A stretch of 50,208 nucleotides of DNA from Minisyncoccia bacterium (GTDB taxonomy: Bacteria > Patescibacteriota > Minisyncoccia > Phycocordibacterales > CALRBL01), in contig JBBRNV010000006.1 in assembly GCA_038230075.1 (NCBI GenBank), positions 1-50,208 on the forward strand, written 5' to 3'. How positions within the stretch are numbered: the first letter of the stretch is position 1; each line of letters opens with the position of its first letter. The translations under genes were made by a program, and so were the position numbers. The notes below the pieces were generated by a model, which did no database searches, had not been told where the DNA came from, and saw nothing but the letters and a program-made list of their open reading frames with translations. Shown piece after piece: positions 48,765-50,208 of this stretch.

Positions 48765-50208
48765 ATGAAATTAAAAAACCCGAAACATTCTCTCTACTTC
48801 TTTCTCGTTCTACTTGTTTCTTTTTTTTCAATTGTTCATATTGCATTTGCGGAATATCAAAAAGTAGCTCCAGGATCATCTATCACCTTGGGAGAATACA
48901 TATTTGATGACAATTTTATTGCAACAACTTCTCCTTGTACGATTGGAATTACCGATCCAACAAATGTGGTGCAAGTTGCCTCAACAACATTAATGACCTC
49001 AAATAGTGATGGTTGGCATTACTACACCTATTCAGTTTCTGGAGGCGCACAAAATGGTGTATGGCCATCAATCATGATTTGCGGGTCAACCGCAGGTGGT
49101 GACTTAGTAAAAGTAGATAAAACTTTCTATGTAGATACAGGAATACTATCGACATCAAGCATTGCTAGCGCTATTTGGAACTCAGCTACTCGAACCCTTA
49201 CAAGTTCACAACTTAATTCTGGTTCACTTGCAACACTTAATGACATTCAGAATGCTTCAACTTCGCTTGGAGCACTAAGTGCTGCAAACGCTGCTGCAAT
49301 TTCTGCCGCTCGAACAGATATTGCCAACGCTTCGTCAAGTTTATATGCTGCAATTTTAGCTAACCGCACCATTCTCAATAGTTTGAACAATATTTCAGCA
49401 GCTGATGTGTGGAATTATGCGAGCGGACGAACACTCACTGATTATGCGACGTCATCGATAGCAAGCGCATCTGCGCAAGCAATATGGAATAGTGCATCAA
49501 ATCAACTCACTTCAATTGGAAGTATTGGAAAGTTGTTAGCCGACAACATTGACGCACAAATTTCATCTCGAAGCACTCTCACACTAGGACAACTTAACGC
49601 ATCACTTCTTGCAGCAACAACAAGTATCATTAATGAGGTTGTTGCCAACAGAAGTTTGATAAGTAGTTTAAATAATATTTCAGCAACTGATGTGTGGAGC
49701 TATGCTAACCGTTCAATCCCCGGTCTTTCAACATCAACGATTGCAAACGCGTCTGCAGATTTGGTTTGGAACAGAGCCTTGGGTCAACTCACAACATCAG
49801 GTTCTATCGGAAAATTATTAGCTGACAATGTTGATGCGCAAATTTCAACGCGAGGAACAAGTTCAATTACAGCGTCTGACGTATGGAATTCAGCAGCGAG
49901 AACGTTAACTGACTATGCCACATCATCAATCTCTCAAGCAGCAGCTGTCGCAGTTTGGAATAATGCAGCGAGAACTCTCACCGACTATGGAAACAATATT
50001 GCTGCTGCCGACGTGTGGAACGTTCTTTCTTCAACATTAAATACTGTGGGAACGGTTGGTAATACCGTAACAAGCAATTTAGATGCGCAAATTTCATCTC
50101 GAAGCACTCTCACACTAGGACAACTTAACGCATCACTTCTTGCAGCAACAACAAGTATCATTAATGAGGTTGTTGCCAACAGAAGTTTGATAAGTAGTTT
50201 AAATAATA
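48765..50208 (+). CDS. secreted repeat protein, 3' truncated (not in ORF track)
   Basis: Open frame MKLKNPKHSLYFFLVLLVSFFSIVHIAFA-EYQK.. running to the window end; many (D/A)VWN..RTLTDY and GSIGKLLADNxDAQIS repeats. Confidence 0.85.
   Translation, partial: MKLKNPKHSLYFFLVLLVSFFSIVHIAFAEYQKVAPGSSITLGEYIFDDNFIATTSPCTIGITDPTNVVQVASTTLMTSNSDGWHYYTYSVSGGAQNGVWPSIMICGSTAGGDLVKVDKTFYVDTGILSTSSIASAIWNSATRTLTSSQLNSGSLATLNDIQNASTSLGALSAANAAAISAARTDIANASSSLYAAILANRTILNSLNNISAADVWNYASGRTLTDYATSSIASASAQAIWNSASNQLTSIGSIGKLLADNIDAQISSRSTLTLGQLNASLLAATTSIINEVVANRSLISSLNNISATDVWSYANRSIPGLSTSTIANASADLVWNRALGQLTTSGSIGKLLADNVDAQISTRGTSSITASDVWNSAARTLTDYATSSISQAAAVAVWNNAARTLTDYGNNIAAADVWNVLSSTLNTVGTVGNTVTSNLDAQISSRSTLTLGQLNASLLAATTSIINEVVANRSLISSLNN
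49557..50208 (+). repeat. 121-bp exact direct repeat (49557-49677 and 50088-50208, offset 531 nt = 177 codons)
   Basis: The sequence CAAATTTCATCTCGAAGC...AGTTTAAATAATA is identical in both copies; the second copy ends at the last base of the window. Confidence 0.9.

Noticed and set aside
40030-50208. Intact prophage or ICE integrated at tmRNA
   Set aside because: No integrase, second att copy or phage core genes are visible within the window; this cannot be excluded beyond the window end.
49557-50208. 121-bp repeat as DGR template/variable repeat or terminal repeat of an element
   Set aside because: The copies are identical and in frame within one repeat protein, with no adenine-specific differences and no reverse transcriptase. 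Ending exactly at the last base suggests an assembly break at an intragenic repeat.

Overview
AT-rich bacterial DNA that reads as Patescibacteria (CPR, probably Parcubacteria), using code 11 (TGA is used as a stop). It begins inside a 23S rRNA gene that has its own promoter and no upstream 16S. Core genes follow (rplL, rplJ, ftsK, recA, efp, rpsR-ssb-rpsF, tatD, metG, M16 peptidase, glyQS, recO, ileS with an inserted histidine-phosphatase domain, ftsH, smpB-ssrA), mixed with large secreted or surface proteins and several GC-rich orphan cassettes, one of which encodes a PEP-CTERM protein. There is also an unusual tRNA-Ile(UAU). The best candidate for an undescribed system lies downstream of tmRNA (40.9-50.2 kb). 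This operon combines a minimal TatA/TatC translocase, a protein with a variant KR Tat signal, a signal-less 1571-aa tail-fibre-like repeat protein and a lysozyme-fold fusion, and it faces a divergent secreted repeat protein. Other signals: a dispersed hairpin-element family, operator-like repeats around an HTH gene next to ftsK, a tandem paralog pair with one nonsense codon, widespread leaderless gene starts and 16-bp-spacer promoters. All calls come from reading motifs by eye; no database searches were run.
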